DNA of 52,453 bases from Chiloscyllium plagiosum (Eukaryota): positions 1,044,269 to 1,096,721 of the forward strand of contig NC_057750.1 in the NCBI RefSeq assembly GCF_004010195.1, given 5' to 3'. The position numbers and the translations under genes were made by a program. Below the pieces are notes generated by a model. That model had not been told where the DNA came from. It did no database searches and saw nothing but the letters and a program-made list of their open reading frames with translations. Positions 11,460 to 24,025 of this stretch are shown here, piece after piece. Position 1 is the stretch's first letter. Every line of letters starts with the position of its first letter.

Positions 11460-11862
11460 TCCAACTCAGTCCCCTGTTCCTGCTTTCTCCCCCTACCCTT
11501 TGATATTTTTAGTCCTAAGAAGTATATCTCACTGCATCTTGGAAACATTCAATGTTTTGGCCTCAACCTCTTCCTGCGACAGAGAATGCCACAAGCTCCC
11601 CCACTCTCTGGATGAAGACATTTCTCCTCATCTCAGCCCTAAACGACCTATCCTATATCCTCAGTCCGTGACCTCTGCTTCCAGACGTCCTGGTTATCAT
11701 ATACATCCTTTCTCCATCTAGCCTGTCTAGTGCTGTTAGAGTTTTATAAGTCTCTATGAGATCCCACACCAATTCTTCTCAACTCCAGTGAACCTAGTGC
11801 CAGTGAGCCCTGTGTCCCCTCATACATCAGTGCTGCCTTCCCAGGAATCAGTTTGGTTAAAT
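11460..11862 (-). mobile_element. CR1 LINE 3' fragment
   Basis: Reverse-complement CR1 C-terminus and UTR motifs (ataagtctctatgagatcc, ttctcaactccagtga, cccaggaatcagtttgg). Confidence 0.7.
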
Positions 11863-12014
11863 TTTGTACAACGTTTTGATTTTGAACATTTAAATTGAAT
11901 CAATTTTGATGGAAATTAAACCGCTAGGTCTCTCAGTTCCTACACCTCTTTTACAACTAGGTATTTTATATTGCCTCTTCTGGGTCTTTCTAGCAAGATG
12001 CATTTTTAAAAATT

Positions 12015-12730
12015 GAGTCACAGCACAGAAAAAGATCCTTCGGCCCATTGAGTCAATGTCAGTCAAAAACAAGCCCCTACCTATTCTAATCCCATTACCC
12101 AACACTTGCATGTCCTGCCATTTCAAGTGCACATCTGAATACTTCTTCAACATTTAGATTAGATTCCCTACCGTGTGGAAACAAGCCCTTCGGCCCAACA
12201 ACTCCACACCAATCCTCCGAAGAGAAACCCACCCAGTTCCCTCGAATACAGCTAACGCTACGGGCAATTTAGCATGGCCAATTCACCTGACCTGCACATC
12301 TTTGGACTGTGGGAGGAAACTGGAGCACCCGGAGGAAACCCACACAGACACGGGGAGAATGTGCAAACTCCACACAGACAGTCACCCGAGGCAAGAATTG
12401 AACCTGAGACCCTGGTGCTGTGAGACAGCAATGCTAACCACTGAGCCACTGTGCTGTCCCAATTCTAAGGGTTTCTGCCTCTTTTTGTCCTTACAGGCAA
12501 TGAGTTCCAGATTCCCACCACCCTCTGGGTGAAAAACAATTTCTTCATATCTCCTTGAAATCTTCTGGCCCTTACCTTAAATGTATGCCCTTTGTCATCA
12601 ATCCCTCCAGCATGGGGAAAAGTTCCATCCTGGCTCTGATGTCTGCCCCCCTCATAATTTTATACTTTTCAATGATGACCTTGCTCAGTCTCTTCTGCTC
12701 CAAGGAAAACAATCCCAATTTGCTCTGTAA
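12015..12730 (-). mobile_element. CR1 LINE 3' fragment split by an HE1 SINE
   Basis: CR1 tail at 12015-12150 resumes at ~12460 (gagttccagattcccaccaccctctgggtgaaaa). Confidence 0.65.
12153..12458 (-). mobile_element. HE1-type V-SINE
   Basis: Reverse of A box (ctaaccactgagccac), V domain and ttaga-type tail repeats. Confidence 0.93.
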
Positions 12731-14389
12731 TTAAAACCTAACCAACTAAAACCTAACAAACTAACAGAAACTCCCTAATATTTTGAAAGCTGAAATATCT
12801 TTGGACTGATTGTTTAATTGACTGATTATGAAAGGTCATTGGTTCGGATTTCAATGTTATCTTTCCACTTTCCAAGTCGTGCAGTAAAGTTCCGAGCTTC
12901 TTCCAAACTTTTCATTCAGTTTGAACCGGAATCAACAGCTTGAACTGCACACTGAATACTGTCCAAGATAATCATTATCTTGAGTTATTACATAATGTGT
13001 TGTTATATGGATAACATATCCACCCAGGGTTCTCACAGAAAGGCAACTAAAGCCATAATCTCTTGGAATTACAAGCAGCCTCAAATGAAAAGGAACAGGG
13101 ATTAGAAAAGGCAGGAGGAAATAACAAATCTGTGAAAATAATTTGTTTGAAGATAAGATAGTGTGACCAGTTTTGGGCACTGTATCTTAGAGTATGTCAA
13201 GGCTGTGAAGTCAATCTTTCAGCTGAGCATCTTGCACTGCAGTCAGTGCTCACAATTCCGCCTCCTGCCATTAAATGCAGATTGAGGGGTGATTATTTTT
13301 TGAAGCACCCTCAGTACATCAGCAAGGACAAACTTGTGCTCCTGTCATTGTAATTCTCTCACTCACTCCCACTGACCTTTCTGCTTGGGGTCTCCTACGT
13401 TATGTCGATGGAGTTTGATGGAAGAATCTCTTCAAACAAAAAGGCATTTCACAACCTCTCAGTCTCAATACCGAGTCTAACAATTTCAGATAATAACCAC
13501 CACTCTTCAGCGTTTTTTTGTTGATTTGTGGTGGCAGATGTGAATGAAAGCCTTGCATTTTTTTGTTAACATCCCCACAGCTTTTCTTTGTTCTCCTTGT
13601 CAAATTCATACCTTTTTTGGACTGGTGCCAATATCCCTTTGGTTATTTAATCTCTCTGTCCTTGTACACTATCACAGTCTTAATTGTTTCTCTCTTGCCC
13701 CACGTTTCCTTGCTTCCATATTTGCTTTAGACCTGACAGACGTCTAACTTTTCTCAATTCCCATGACAGGTCTTCACCCTGAAATGTTCATTCTCTGCAG
13801 ATGTTCCCTGGTGTGCTGTGTACGTCCAGCATTTTCAGATTTTCCAATGTCTATGTGGTCCTGTCAGGGAGGGTGGAGATGGTTTTTGGAGATGAGGTAG
13901 TCCTTTGTTATTGCATCAGACTCAAGAAACTGAGGCGACCACAGTAGCATGGAAAAGGTTAATAGGAACATCTGATAGAGATGCTCAAAGTGATGAGCAA
14001 TTTGAAGATGGTAATTAGGTAAAAATTAATTCCATCTATCAGTGAGTCAGTAACGCGAAGGCATAATTTGAAGTTCATCACGAGAAAATGCAGGGTAAAG
14101 AGGGATTTTTTTTCACACAGCAAGTGCATGGCATAGTCTATCAGACTCAAGATCATTAGACATGATCACAGTGGAGATACAACCTTAAATTAAGCAATGA
14201 GTCAGCGTCAGCAATCTGTTGGTTAAGCTTTCTCACATTTCTGGGCACAGTCATTTCTTTTATAACTCTCCAAACAGATCAATGCTTTGCTTAATATATA
14301 TCTTTATAGTTTTTTTAAAAATCCGGATATATTTAAAGATTTTATTTTTGTTCTTTATGGTGTCTAATACAATTACTTGTCTCCAATCA

Positions 14390-14952
14390 AATGGGGGAGA
14401 TACTAAATGAATATTTTGCATCAGTATTTACTGTGGAAAAGGATATGGAAGATATAGACTGTAGGGAAATAGATGGTGACATCTTGCAAAATGTCCAGAT
14501 TACAGAGGAGGACGTGCGGAATGTCTTGAAACGGTTAAAGGTGGATAAATCCCCAGGACCTGATTAGGTGTACCTGAGAAGTGGTAGGAAGCTAGAGAAG
14601 TGATTGCTGGGCCTCTTGCTGAGATATTTGTATCATCAATAGTCACAGGTGAGGTGCCGGAAGACTGGAGGTTGGCAAACGTGGTGCCACTGTTTAAGAA
14701 CGGCGGTAAAGACAAGCCAGGGAACTATAGACCAGTGAGCCTGACCTCGGTGGTGGGCAAGTTGTTGGAGGGAATCCTGAGGGACAGGAATTACATGTAT
14801 TTGGAAAGGCAAGGACTGATTCGGGAAAGTCAACATGGCTTTGTGCGTGGGAAATCATGTCTCACAAACTTGATTGAGTTTTTTGAAGAAGTAACAAAGA
14901 AGATTGATGAGGGCAGAGCAGTAGATGTGATCTATATGGACTTCAGTAAGGC
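14390..14952 (+). mobile_element. CR1/HER1 LINE ORF2 (RT) fragment running into an assembly gap
   Basis: VPEDWRLANVVPLFK..KDKPGNYRPVSLTSVVGKLLE..QHGFVRGKSCLTNLIEFFE..VDVIYMDFSK. Confidence 0.96.
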
Positions 14953-15583
14953 NNNNNNNNNNNNNNNNNNNNNNNNNNNNNNNNNNNNNNNNNNNNNNNN
15001 NNNNNNNNNNNNNNNNNNNNNNNNNNNNNNNNNNNNNNNNNNNNNNNNNNNNNNNNNNNNNNNNNNNNNNNNNNNNNNNNNNNNNNNNNNNNNNNNNNNN
15101 NNNNNNNNNNNNNNNNNNNNNNNNNNNNNNNNNNNNNNNNNNNNNNNNNNNNNNNNNNNNNNNNNNNNNNNNNNNNNNNNNNNNNNNNNNNNNNNNNNNN
15201 NNNNNNNNNNNNNNNNNNNNNNNNNNNNNNNNNNNNNNNNNNNNNNNNNNNNNNNNNNNNNNNNNNNNNNNNNNNNNNNNNNNNNNNNNNNNNNNNNNNN
15301 NNNNNNNNNNNNNNNNNNNNNNNNNNNNNNNNNNNNNNNNNNNNNNNNNNNNNNNNNNNNNNNNNNNNNNNNNNNNNNNNNNNNNNNNNNNNNNNNNNNN
15401 NNNNNNNNNNNNNNNNNNNNNNNNNNNNNNNNNNNNNNNNNNNNNNNNNNNNNNNNNNNNNNNNNNNNNNNNNNNNNNNNNNNNNNNNNNNNNNNNNNNN
15501 NNNNNNNNNNNNNNNNNNNNNNNNNNNNNNNNNNNNNNNNNNNNNNNNNNNNNNNNNNNNNNNNNNNNNNNNNNNNNNNNNNN
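14953..15583. other. Assembly gap (631 N)
   Basis: Run of N. Confidence 1.
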
Positions 15584-15619
15584 GGGTGGGGGGGGGAGGG
15601 GGAGCGGGGGCAGGGGTGG

Positions 15620-15945
15620 TAATAGAATCCCTACAGTGTGGAAGCAGGCCATTCAGCCCATTGAGTCCACACCAAACCTCCAAAGAACATACCCATAACC
15701 AACCCCCCCCTTATCCCTGTAACCCTGCATTTCCCATGGCTAACTCACCTGGCCCACACATCCCTGGATACTATGGGAATTTTAGCTTGGCCAGTCCACC
15801 CGAACCTGCAAATCTTTGGACTGTGGGAGGAAGTTTACAGAGGAAACAGGCAATGCTTCACTTCGACAGTTGCCCAAGAGTGGAATCGATCCCAGGTCCC
15901 TGGCACTGTGAGGCAGCATGCTAAACACTGAGCCTCCATGTCACC
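15620..15945 (-). mobile_element. HE1-type V-SINE (diverged)
   Basis: cctacagtgtggaagcaggcc tail, ctttggactgtgggagg V domain and reverse A box. Confidence 0.85.
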
Positions 15946-16047
15946 CCACACCCCATCGTTACACGGTCACTGAGGAGGTAGCCATTTAAGACTGAGAAGA
16001 GGTAAAATCTCTTCATACAGAGGATTGTGAATCTTCGGAATTCATTA

Positions 16048-16340
16048 GAGCCCCTACAGTGTGGAAGCAGGCTATTCAACCCAGCAAGTCCCCACTGACC
16101 CTCTGAAGAGCATTCCACCCAGATCCACCACATCCCTGTATTTCCCATGGCTAACCCACCTAGCCTGCACATCCCTGGACACTATGGGGCAATTTCCTAT
16201 GGCCAATTCACCTGACCTGCACATCTTTGGACAGTGGGAAGAAACCCACACAGACACTGGGAGAATGTGCAAACTCCACACAGACAGCCACCCAAAGCTG
16301 GAATCGAATCCGGCTAACCACTGAGCCACCATGCTGCCAT
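16048..16340 (-). mobile_element. HE1-type V-SINE
   Basis: Same diagnostic motifs, with small internal deletions. Confidence 0.88.
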
Positions 16341-17297
16341 CATCTGGGTGTTGAATGAAGGAATTCCAGTCTCTGGGAATTAAGGCCTATTTATTGCAAT
16401 CAGTCCCGCAGTACGCATCCTTGTGTCCTGTCTACGGTGTTGTTCCACTAACATGGACCTCCATCTATTCCAGCTGATCACCTTCAAATGGACAGAAACA
16501 TTTTATTCACAAAGACAATGAGCATCTATGGACACTTGACATTGGAAACATCTCTCAAAATACCCTGGTTATACTGTACAAACACATCATCAGAAGGTGA
16601 TGGGACACATGTCCACCATGTTTGGATTGAATGCTGAAACAGGCCTGAGGGGCTGAATGGCCTCCCTGTGTTCTTATATTCTCTGCTCCTACGAGCTAAG
16701 CACAGGCAAGTGTGACTAGCTTAATTCGAGAACATGGTTGGCATGGACTGGTTGGACTGAAGGATCTGTGCCTGTGCTGTATGACTCAATAACTCCATGT
16801 CCCTATGACCTGCTCTCTCATCATCTTTCTAGCCAGCCTTTGGTGTCCTGTTGCAGTGAATTGACTTGCAGTCCATATTTACCCTACCCTGCTCCACCCA
16901 CCTCTTCCTTACATTTTTGCAACTTGAGATTCTCTGGCAGTTTTGCCCTTGGGCCTTGGTCTAACTGGTACCTAAATCCTTCCAACTTGTAAACCCCATC
17001 CCTGCATTGCACACCTCCTGAAAGCCTTTCTCTTCGACTGATCTCTCGACATCTCCCTAAACTGCACAGAAAAGATTGAGAGTGGAGAATTCATGGTATA
17101 CTCCCTATCTCAAACGGAAGGAAACCCAATAACTCTGTGGTCCTAGACCCTGGAAACCTAAGTGATGTAATCAATGGAATCAAAAATAAACAGAAACAGT
17201 CATTTGTGGAAGTTTATACCCTGATTCAAGTTACTGAATAAAGGTTTATGTAAAATTATGAAAGGATTTGATAGGATAGTTGTAAAGATTATTTCAG

Positions 17298-17428
17298 GTA
17301 AAAGTGAGAACTGCAGATGCTGGAGATCAGAGTCGAGAGTATGGTGCTGGAAAAGCACAGCAGGTCAGGCAGCATCCAAGGAGCAAGAACATCGATGTTT
17401 CGGGCAAAAGCCCTTCATCAGGAATGAG
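17298..17428 (-). mobile_element. PLE pLTR tail with hammerhead core, inserted in a decayed CR1 fragment
   Basis: gtgctggaaaagcacagcaggtcaggcagcatcc..., near-identical to 42410-42495. CR1 sequence lies on both sides (17235-17700). Confidence 0.85.
17391..17424 (-). ncRNA. Minimal type I hammerhead ribozyme motif
   Basis: Minus strand reads CUGAUGA-a-gggc-uuuu-gccc-GAAA-ca-UC. Confidence 0.75.
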
Positions 17429-18559
17429 GAATTATTAGGGACCAGGAGCAGCAATGAATATAAATCAGAAATGACCAGAAGCATCCTCATCCAGAGACTG
17501 CAGTAGGATGTGGAAGTCACCCTCCCAGAGAATGGTCAAACTCAATGATATTGATAAATTGAAGCTGGAACAACGCACAGGGGAAAGGAATAGAAGGATA
17601 TTGTGGTAGGGTGAGTTGAAGAGGGGAGTGGGAGACAGCTCAGGTGCAGCAGAAATACCAGAAGAGAGCAGATGGGCTGAAAGACCTGTTTCTATCCTGG
17701 AAATATTGTGCAATGCTATAATTTCCACCGCAGTTTGAAGCCAAAAGGACAGTTCTCAATAACGTGGCTGTCTCACCAGTCAAACCCAGATGGCTAATTA
17801 GGTATGTTCCCAACAGACTGTTACTAAAATGGCTTACAATGAAATTCTATTTATAGAATAGAACAGTGAGCAATGAATTCTCGCTGTTTGTGATACAGCA
17901 AGTTAATTTGTAGTATTAAGTGGAAGAGTATCCTGCAATGTCTGTAGACATCTGTCACCCATCTCCCCATCATCTGCCTTGCATTTACTGTCAAATCCCC
18001 TTGAGAATCCTGCCTATTTATCCCCCTCTGGCACAAGGTTGTTCAGGTTTATTGATACAACAGTGACAAAGCCAACCACATCAGAAGCACGTGAGGCTGC
18101 TTTTACTCAGATGTCCTGTTAACTCTCTGACTGGATCCTAGTTGTAATGAGAAAGGTTCAGTTTTGTTGCCTAAAGCTGAAAATGGAGCATTGGAAATTC
18201 TCAATGTGGCAATCTTTTCTCTGTTTATTAAAAGGACCACCTAGGTCTGGACAATTCTTGTTGAAATCTCTCGGGATGAGACTTTACGCATCCTGGTGCT
18301 TCATGGTTTAAATATGTGAACATTACCCTTGCTGATTCTGCCCCAAACCCACAGGTGGAATAAATGCTCCAGGTAAACATGAGCTGGATGGTCTTGCCGG
18401 TGTCTATAGCGAGTCAGGGAATGCCAGCAGCAATAGCACAGAACACCACAACACAAACTAAATATTTAAAAAAGAACAGCTCAGTGTGACCTTGATAAAT
18501 CACCAGATCCCAATGATTTAGCAATTTAATTCTCAGCAGAACAATCAAAACAAAGAGTA

Positions 18560-18661
18560 GCAATTCAGCTCTGACGAAGAGTCATCTAGACTCCAAACAT
18601 TAGCTTGCTCCCTCTCCACAGATGATGTATGACCCGCTGTGATCTCCAGCACTTTTTGTTT
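18560..18661 (+). mobile_element. Mini PLE tail with degenerate hammerhead and 15-bp TSD
   Basis: CUGACGA-a-gagtc-atcta-gactc-CAAA (G12 mutated). Flanked by tcaaaacaaagagta (18545-18559) and tcaaaagaaagagta (18662-18676). Confidence 0.75.
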
Positions 18662-19054
18662 TCAAAAGAAAGAGTATCTTGTCAGGAAGAGATATCGTTC
18701 CAAATGGCAGGAGGCTGAGGGATACAGGAACTCTGCAATATATGTTATTTTACACTCATAACTCTGATGTTTTGAGGAACAAGACCCCAGTAGTCGTATC
18801 GTCATGTCATTTTCAATTCAGCTTTGTCCAGAAAGAGTACAACTTATAAATCACATGTGAATCCCTACCTTAGTGTCTACTCCCAGCATCCTGTCTGATG
18901 GTACTGAATGGCATTGTGTTCTGTCACATTGTCCAGAGCAGAGACTATGTGTGGATATTGTGCTGTACAGTATAATACACATACAGAACATATTTTGGTT
19001 GCTATATATGAAACACAGCAGTTCCCTAAGTTACAGTCTCAGTCCCTATCTTAT

Positions 19055-19445
19055 TCGTAGGAAAGAATTAGGTCATTCAACCCCTCGAGCCTGTTCCATC
19101 ATTCAAAGAGATCATGACTGATCTGTAACCTAACTCCACATGTCTGCATTTGACCTAAACCCTTTAATACTTTTCCTTAACAAAATTGCATCTATCTCAG
19201 ATTTAATATTAACAACTGATCCAGCATCAACTGCTGTTTGTGGAAGAGGATTTCAAATCTCTCCCACCCTTTGTGTGTAGAAATGCTCCCTAACATCACT
19301 CCTGAACAGTCTGGTCCTTAATCTCAGACCATGCCCCTAGTTTGAGAATCTCCAACCAGGGGAAATAGTCTATCTCCATCTATTCTGTGTTTTCAAGTTA
19401 ATATTTGAAGACTTCAATCAGATCACCCCTTAACTTTGAGTTCTA
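19055..19445 (-). mobile_element. CR1 LINE 3' fragment
   Basis: Reverse CR1 tail (ggtcattcaacccctcgagcctgttcc) and C-terminal coding motifs (gaagacttcaatcagatcacccct). Confidence 0.75.
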
Positions 19446-19694
19446 TTGTTCCTATGGGAGAAATTGTCCTGGTGTGAGTCACTTTAACTCTTTTACACTC
19501 CCCCTATATACATTACACAAATTGGAAAAGATTCCTCAATGTAACTTGTCTTGATACAAGCTGTACCTTTCTAGTACATAATCCTGACTTAATATCGGGA
19601 ATCTACTCTGTTATTCATTTGTGAAAAATTAAGTTAGGCTCCCATTAGCAAATGGAGACCTTGCAGGCATTTTGAGTGTAGCAGGAGGATACTG

Positions 19695-20020
19695 GGCCCA
19701 AGGAGAGACTGGATAGGCTGGGGTTATTTTCCTTGGAGGCTCAGGGGTGACCTTATAAAATCATGACCAGCATGGACAGGGTCTTTTCCGTAAAGTGGGG
19801 GAGTTCAAAACTAGAGGATATCATTTTAAAGTGAGAGGAGAAAGATTTAAAAAGGAGTGAGGGGCAACTTTTTCACAAGTGGATTGTATGTGGAGTACAC
19901 TGGCAGAGGAAGTAGTGAAGGCTGGTGCAGTTACAACTGGGCCAAATGCAGGCAAATGAGACTGGTTTTAGTTTGGCATGGACGAGTTGGACTGAAGGTT
20001 ATGTTTCCGTGCTGTATGAC
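19695..20020 (+). mobile_element. CR1 LINE 3' fragment
   Basis: gagagactggataggctggg...aggggtgaccttata...gagaggagaaagatttaaaa...gtttccgtgctgtatgact. Confidence 0.8.
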
Positions 20021-20145
20021 TAGGTCTAGGGAAGTCAATAAAGATCTGGCCTCACTGTTCAGATTACCAGCTTTTGGCACATAGCCCTGGAGATCACAGC
20101 AAGGCAAGATACCTAAAGATAATCATTACTACCTTACAAGGTGCA

Positions 20146-20316
20146 TGATTCGGAGATGCCGGTGTTGGACTGGGGTGTACAAAGTTAAAAATCCCACAAC
20201 ACCAGGTTATAGTCCAACGGGTTTAATTGGAAGCGCTAGCTTTCGGAGCGTCGCTCCTTCATCAGGTGATTAAACCTGTTGGACTATAACCTGGTGTCGT
20301 GTGATTTTTAACTTTG
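20146..20316. mobile_element. Mini fold-back PLE-derived element: ~51-bp inverted arms around a hammerhead core, 11-bp TSD
   Basis: Arms at 20177-20227 and 20269-20319. tacaaggtgca occurs at 20135-20145 and 20317-20327. Confidence 0.88.
20233..20269 (-). ncRNA. Minimal type I hammerhead ribozyme motif (best preserved core in the window)
   Basis: Minus strand reads cac-CUGAUGA-a-ggagc-gac-gcucc-GAAA-gc-UA-gcg. Perfect 5-bp stem II and palindromic AGCU at stem III. Confidence 0.8.
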
Positions 20317-20894
20317 TACAAGGTGCAGTGCGTCATGTCATTAATAAATCCTTTGTGGAACTGAGAGTTGTTCACCAAGGGAATGACTGAAGTTTCTGAT
20401 ATCTTCAGAATTAGGGGACTGCATTACAGAGAAAAGGTGTTCCATGGCAAAGCTCATCTTGTGATAGATTGGAAAGGAACTTTCTGCTGATTAATCAGTA
20501 ATGGATTCCGAGACTGAGGATTCAAAGCAGAAAGGGAGAAGGGCATGGAAAAATTGTTAATATTCTTTACGGCACGGAGATGTGGAATTCAAATCAGTCA
20601 CAGTATTCAAATAGGATCAGATAGGATTTTGAAAAGCTGACTTTAAAAAGGATATAAGGAGAGTGAGGAAATGGGATTTTTGTAGCTGTGGAGTCAGCAA
20701 TAACACAATTGCACAAACAGCTATCTTGAATTCCCCAAACCTGGATCTGAATGATGCCCGGTATCTATATCAGCTCCAGAGCTGAGGCAGGGCTCAGATA
20801 AATTGTTCACTATGAGTCAAAAAACACAGCATTTGACTAGCTGCTAGATATATGCTATCTAACCTCTGTCGGTCAATCCTTAGTTGACAAACTG

Positions 20895-21310
20895 TATTTG
20901 CATTTATATAGCCCCTTTCACAATATTCCAGTGTCCTTTATGCCCAAAGGACTGCATCTGAAATGCTGGAACATACACAATGCTGCAGCCAAGTTGTGCC
21001 GGCAAGCTCCAACACAGTAAAGTAGTACAGTGTCAGTACTGACCCCCTGACAGTGCGGCACTCCCTCAGTACTGACCCCCTGACAGTGTGGCACTCCCTC
21101 AGCATTGACCCTCCGACAGTGCGGCGCTCCCTCAGCATTGACCCTCCGACAGTGCGGCGCTCCCTCAGCATTGACCCTCCAACAGTGCAGCAATTCCTCA
21201 GCACTGACCCTCCCTCAATACCACTCTGGGAATGTCAGACTTGTAAAAATTCCTGGAACAAGGTTTGAATTCCCTGACTCAGGTAAAGTGTGTATTAACA
21301 GCTAACCAAT
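20895..21310 (-). mobile_element. Deu-domain SINE with internal minisatellite
   Basis: ttgcatt-tatatagcccctttcac tail, gcagccaagttgtgc..gcaagctcc Deu motif and ctccgacagtgcggc..ctccctcag motif. Confidence 0.65.
21033..21217. repeat. 33-bp minisatellite, ~5.5 copies
   Basis: Unit tcag(t/c)a(c/t)tgaccc(c/t)c(t/c)gacagtgcggc(a/g)ctccc, period 33. Confidence 0.95.
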
Positions 21311-22289
21311 TGCCTGCTGTTTAAAGATTTTCAAAAACCATCAGCTACATGGATTGATTAAAAGGATTGCAAGCATCTTAATTAAGATCCAATAACAATT
21401 AACATTTTACCCATAACACACTTTGTCAACAGAACAGAGTAATTTGAAAGCTGAACTCAGTACTTTGTTCTCTCAAGCATGCCACGTCAAGATTCAATTA
21501 AAAATAAACAGACTTTCTTTAAACATGAATAATTTGAATTATTTGCAATTGTTGACTCCAACTTTGAATATAATTTAAACAAACACTGAGTTTGTCTGTG
21601 AAATGTGTTCACCTAATGGTTCCCTCTCCACAATATCAGACACATCATTCCACTCACTTTCCATCGCCATCAATTCACCGATTGAGTCTTTTTTGTTTTA
21701 TTCATCCACGAGATGCAAAGGTTACTGGTCAGGCCAGCATTTATTACCCACAGAGAAGCTAAGAGATAGCCCTATGGCTGTGAGTTTGGAGTTACATGGA
21801 GGCTAGTCCAGGTAAGGATAGCAGATTTCATTCCCTGAAGTATATTGGTGAAGCAGATGGGTCCTTTTCCCCTGGCAATGAACAATAGTTTCATGTCATT
21901 TTTAAACTTCCAACTCCGGATATTTATTGAATTCAATTTTCTGCTGTCTTCCATGGCAGGATTTAAACCCAGGGACCTCCATCCAGGATCTCTGGATTAA
22001 TGTTCTCGCAATGATACACCTCCCCATCTAACCTTATCATAGTGAGTCGATCAGTTCAGAGACACTGTGACTCTCCCAGCCTGATATATTGGTTTTCTCA
22101 GTGAGAGCATCACTGGAGAAATGTTCACCTCAACATCCTGTGTTCATTACTAACAGGCTCAGAACAATGAATCTATTAGCGTGGTTATTGCACTGGGCCG
22201 CTTCAAGTGATACACTCAGTTTGTGATTTAAATTGAAGCGTCACACAGGCTGAGAGCACATCCGTACACATGGGGATGCTGGTGTGCTT

Positions 22290-22950
22290 TTCAGTGAAAC
22301 TGTGTGCAGTTCTGGTCATCACACCATCTACAGTCGGGAGGGTGCAGATGACCTTCATCAGGATTTTTCCTGGACTGGAGTAATGACGAGGGACTGGAGA
22401 GGCTGGGGCAGTTTTTCACAGAGCAGAGCAGTCTGAGGGATAATCTGATTGAGATGCAGAAAGCTCTTGAGGGGCATAGACAGCGTAAAGAGGGAGAAAA
22501 TGTTTTCCTTCAAAGAGGGATTGTAACTAAGGGACATAGTTTCATGGTGAGGAGCAGGAAATTCAGGGGGGACCGGAAGGAAAAATGTTTCACCCCGAAG
22601 GTGATGGGAACCTGGAACTCACTGTCTGAGAGGATGGGAGAGACAGGACATTTCAGAAGTATTCAGATGAGCAGTTGAAATATTAAAGCACACAAGGATG
22701 TTCTCCAATTTTTGGGAAATGGGATTAGAATGACAGTCAGCTCTGAGGAAGAGTCACTCGACCAGAAACATTAACTCTAATTTCTCTTCACAGATGCTGA
22801 GTTTTCCCAGCATTTTCTGTTTTTGTTTATGATTTACAGCAACTGCAGTTTTTTTGGTTTGTCTTTAGAATAGACAGATGTTTGATGAACAGCATGGACA
22901 TAATGGGCTGAAGGGTCTCTTTCCATGCTGTAACAACTCCTTGATTCTAA
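22290..22950 (+). mobile_element. Degenerate CR1 LINE 3' portion
   Basis: tgtgtgcagttctggtca, ggactggagaggctgggg, gggacatagtttcatggtgagg and tail gggctgaagggtctctttccatgctgta. Confidence 0.75.
22737..22864 (+). mobile_element. Mini PLE tail with degenerate hammerhead, nested in a CR1 3' UTR
   Basis: CUGAGGA-agagtc-actc-gacca-GAAA-ca-UU. Flanked by ttagaatgacag (22725-22736) and ttagaatagacag (22865-22877). Confidence 0.7.
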
Positions 22951-24025
22951 AGCTGCCAAGGTGATTCCTTGTCAGTGTGCCTGGGTGAGACGAACAGCTG
23001 AGCACTGGGCTCGGGGTTGACTATTTAAGGATGGAATGTCTCTTGTGTCTGATAGCCTGAATAGTTTTTCCACATGTTACAGAGCTACACCCGAGAGGCA
23101 TACTCTTAGTGGAGGAGCTGAACTTGAGAACATGAACAGAGAATGAACAAAGTAGCTCCGAATCATCAAAACCACTTTCTCTCCAATGCTCCTGATACTG
23201 AGAGTGGAGGATATTGAAACTGGGCCCCATCATAACTTCTAACATCATTGGAAGATTCAGCCAGGAATTTTGTTAATCTCAGAGTAGTCTGTTGATATCG
23301 AAATAGTGTAACAATATCCCAGAATGAAGAGTCACCATTTCCAAATTTATGTTAAACGGGTTAGAATTGGCAGCAAGAAGGGGTTGTCGAGTTTAGGACA
23401 GAATTCCAGTGTGGAATGTTGCCCAGTATCATTTATCAGTTCCGTTGTGGAGGAGCCGGTGTTGGACTGGAGTGGACAAATTTTTTAAATTTACCAGTTC
23501 TTCCACCTTGCGTGCGATAAAAGGCCCTTTCTGCAAATAATAGTTTTGGTGCTGAGACACTGAATTATGCAGTTTGGTCAAAGAAGTGGGTTTTCAGGAG
23601 CATCTTAAAGGGGCCATTTGAGACAGATATGTTTGGTGAGAGAATTCCAGAGCTTGGGGGCCCAGGCAGCTGAAGGCACGGCTGTCCCTATCGGAGCGAT
23701 GGGAATCGAGTGCATGGACTGGGAACCAGGGAAGCTGAGCAGTTTGTACCAGTCACTCTGCCAGAATGATCCATACGCCACAATACCTTTCCATATATAT
23801 TCCATATGTGTATATATGCCATAAATTGTGAACAATTTGCAGGAGACCAAATTGTTTATCAATTGCCTTTTGATGCAATTTGAATTGTTCAGTTGAATTA
23901 TGCTCGGGGAGTGCTGGCCAGCTCCCTATTCCCTTCTGTATGATATATACAAGGCAATGCATCCTCCAGAAATGGACTACCTAACACAGCCTTCTAGTGA
24001 GCACCCACATCATTACACTGCTATC

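Noticed and set aside
10582..11548. Long ORFs (292, 194 and 158 aa) as a repetitive protein gene
   Set aside because: They come from 22-bp and 51/52-bp tandem repeats whose frame shifts between units; several frames are open simultaneously.
12963..12981. Short perfect palindrome caagataat-c-attatcttg
   Set aside because: 9-bp AT-rich arms are plausible by chance in 52 kb, with no supporting context.
14600..15683. 246-340 aa ORFs
   Set aside because: Inflated by the 631-N gap; only the CR1 RT part is real.
10693..21217. CRISPR-like arrays
   Set aside because: The repeats are head-to-tail without unique spacers, the context is eukaryotic, and there are no cas genes.
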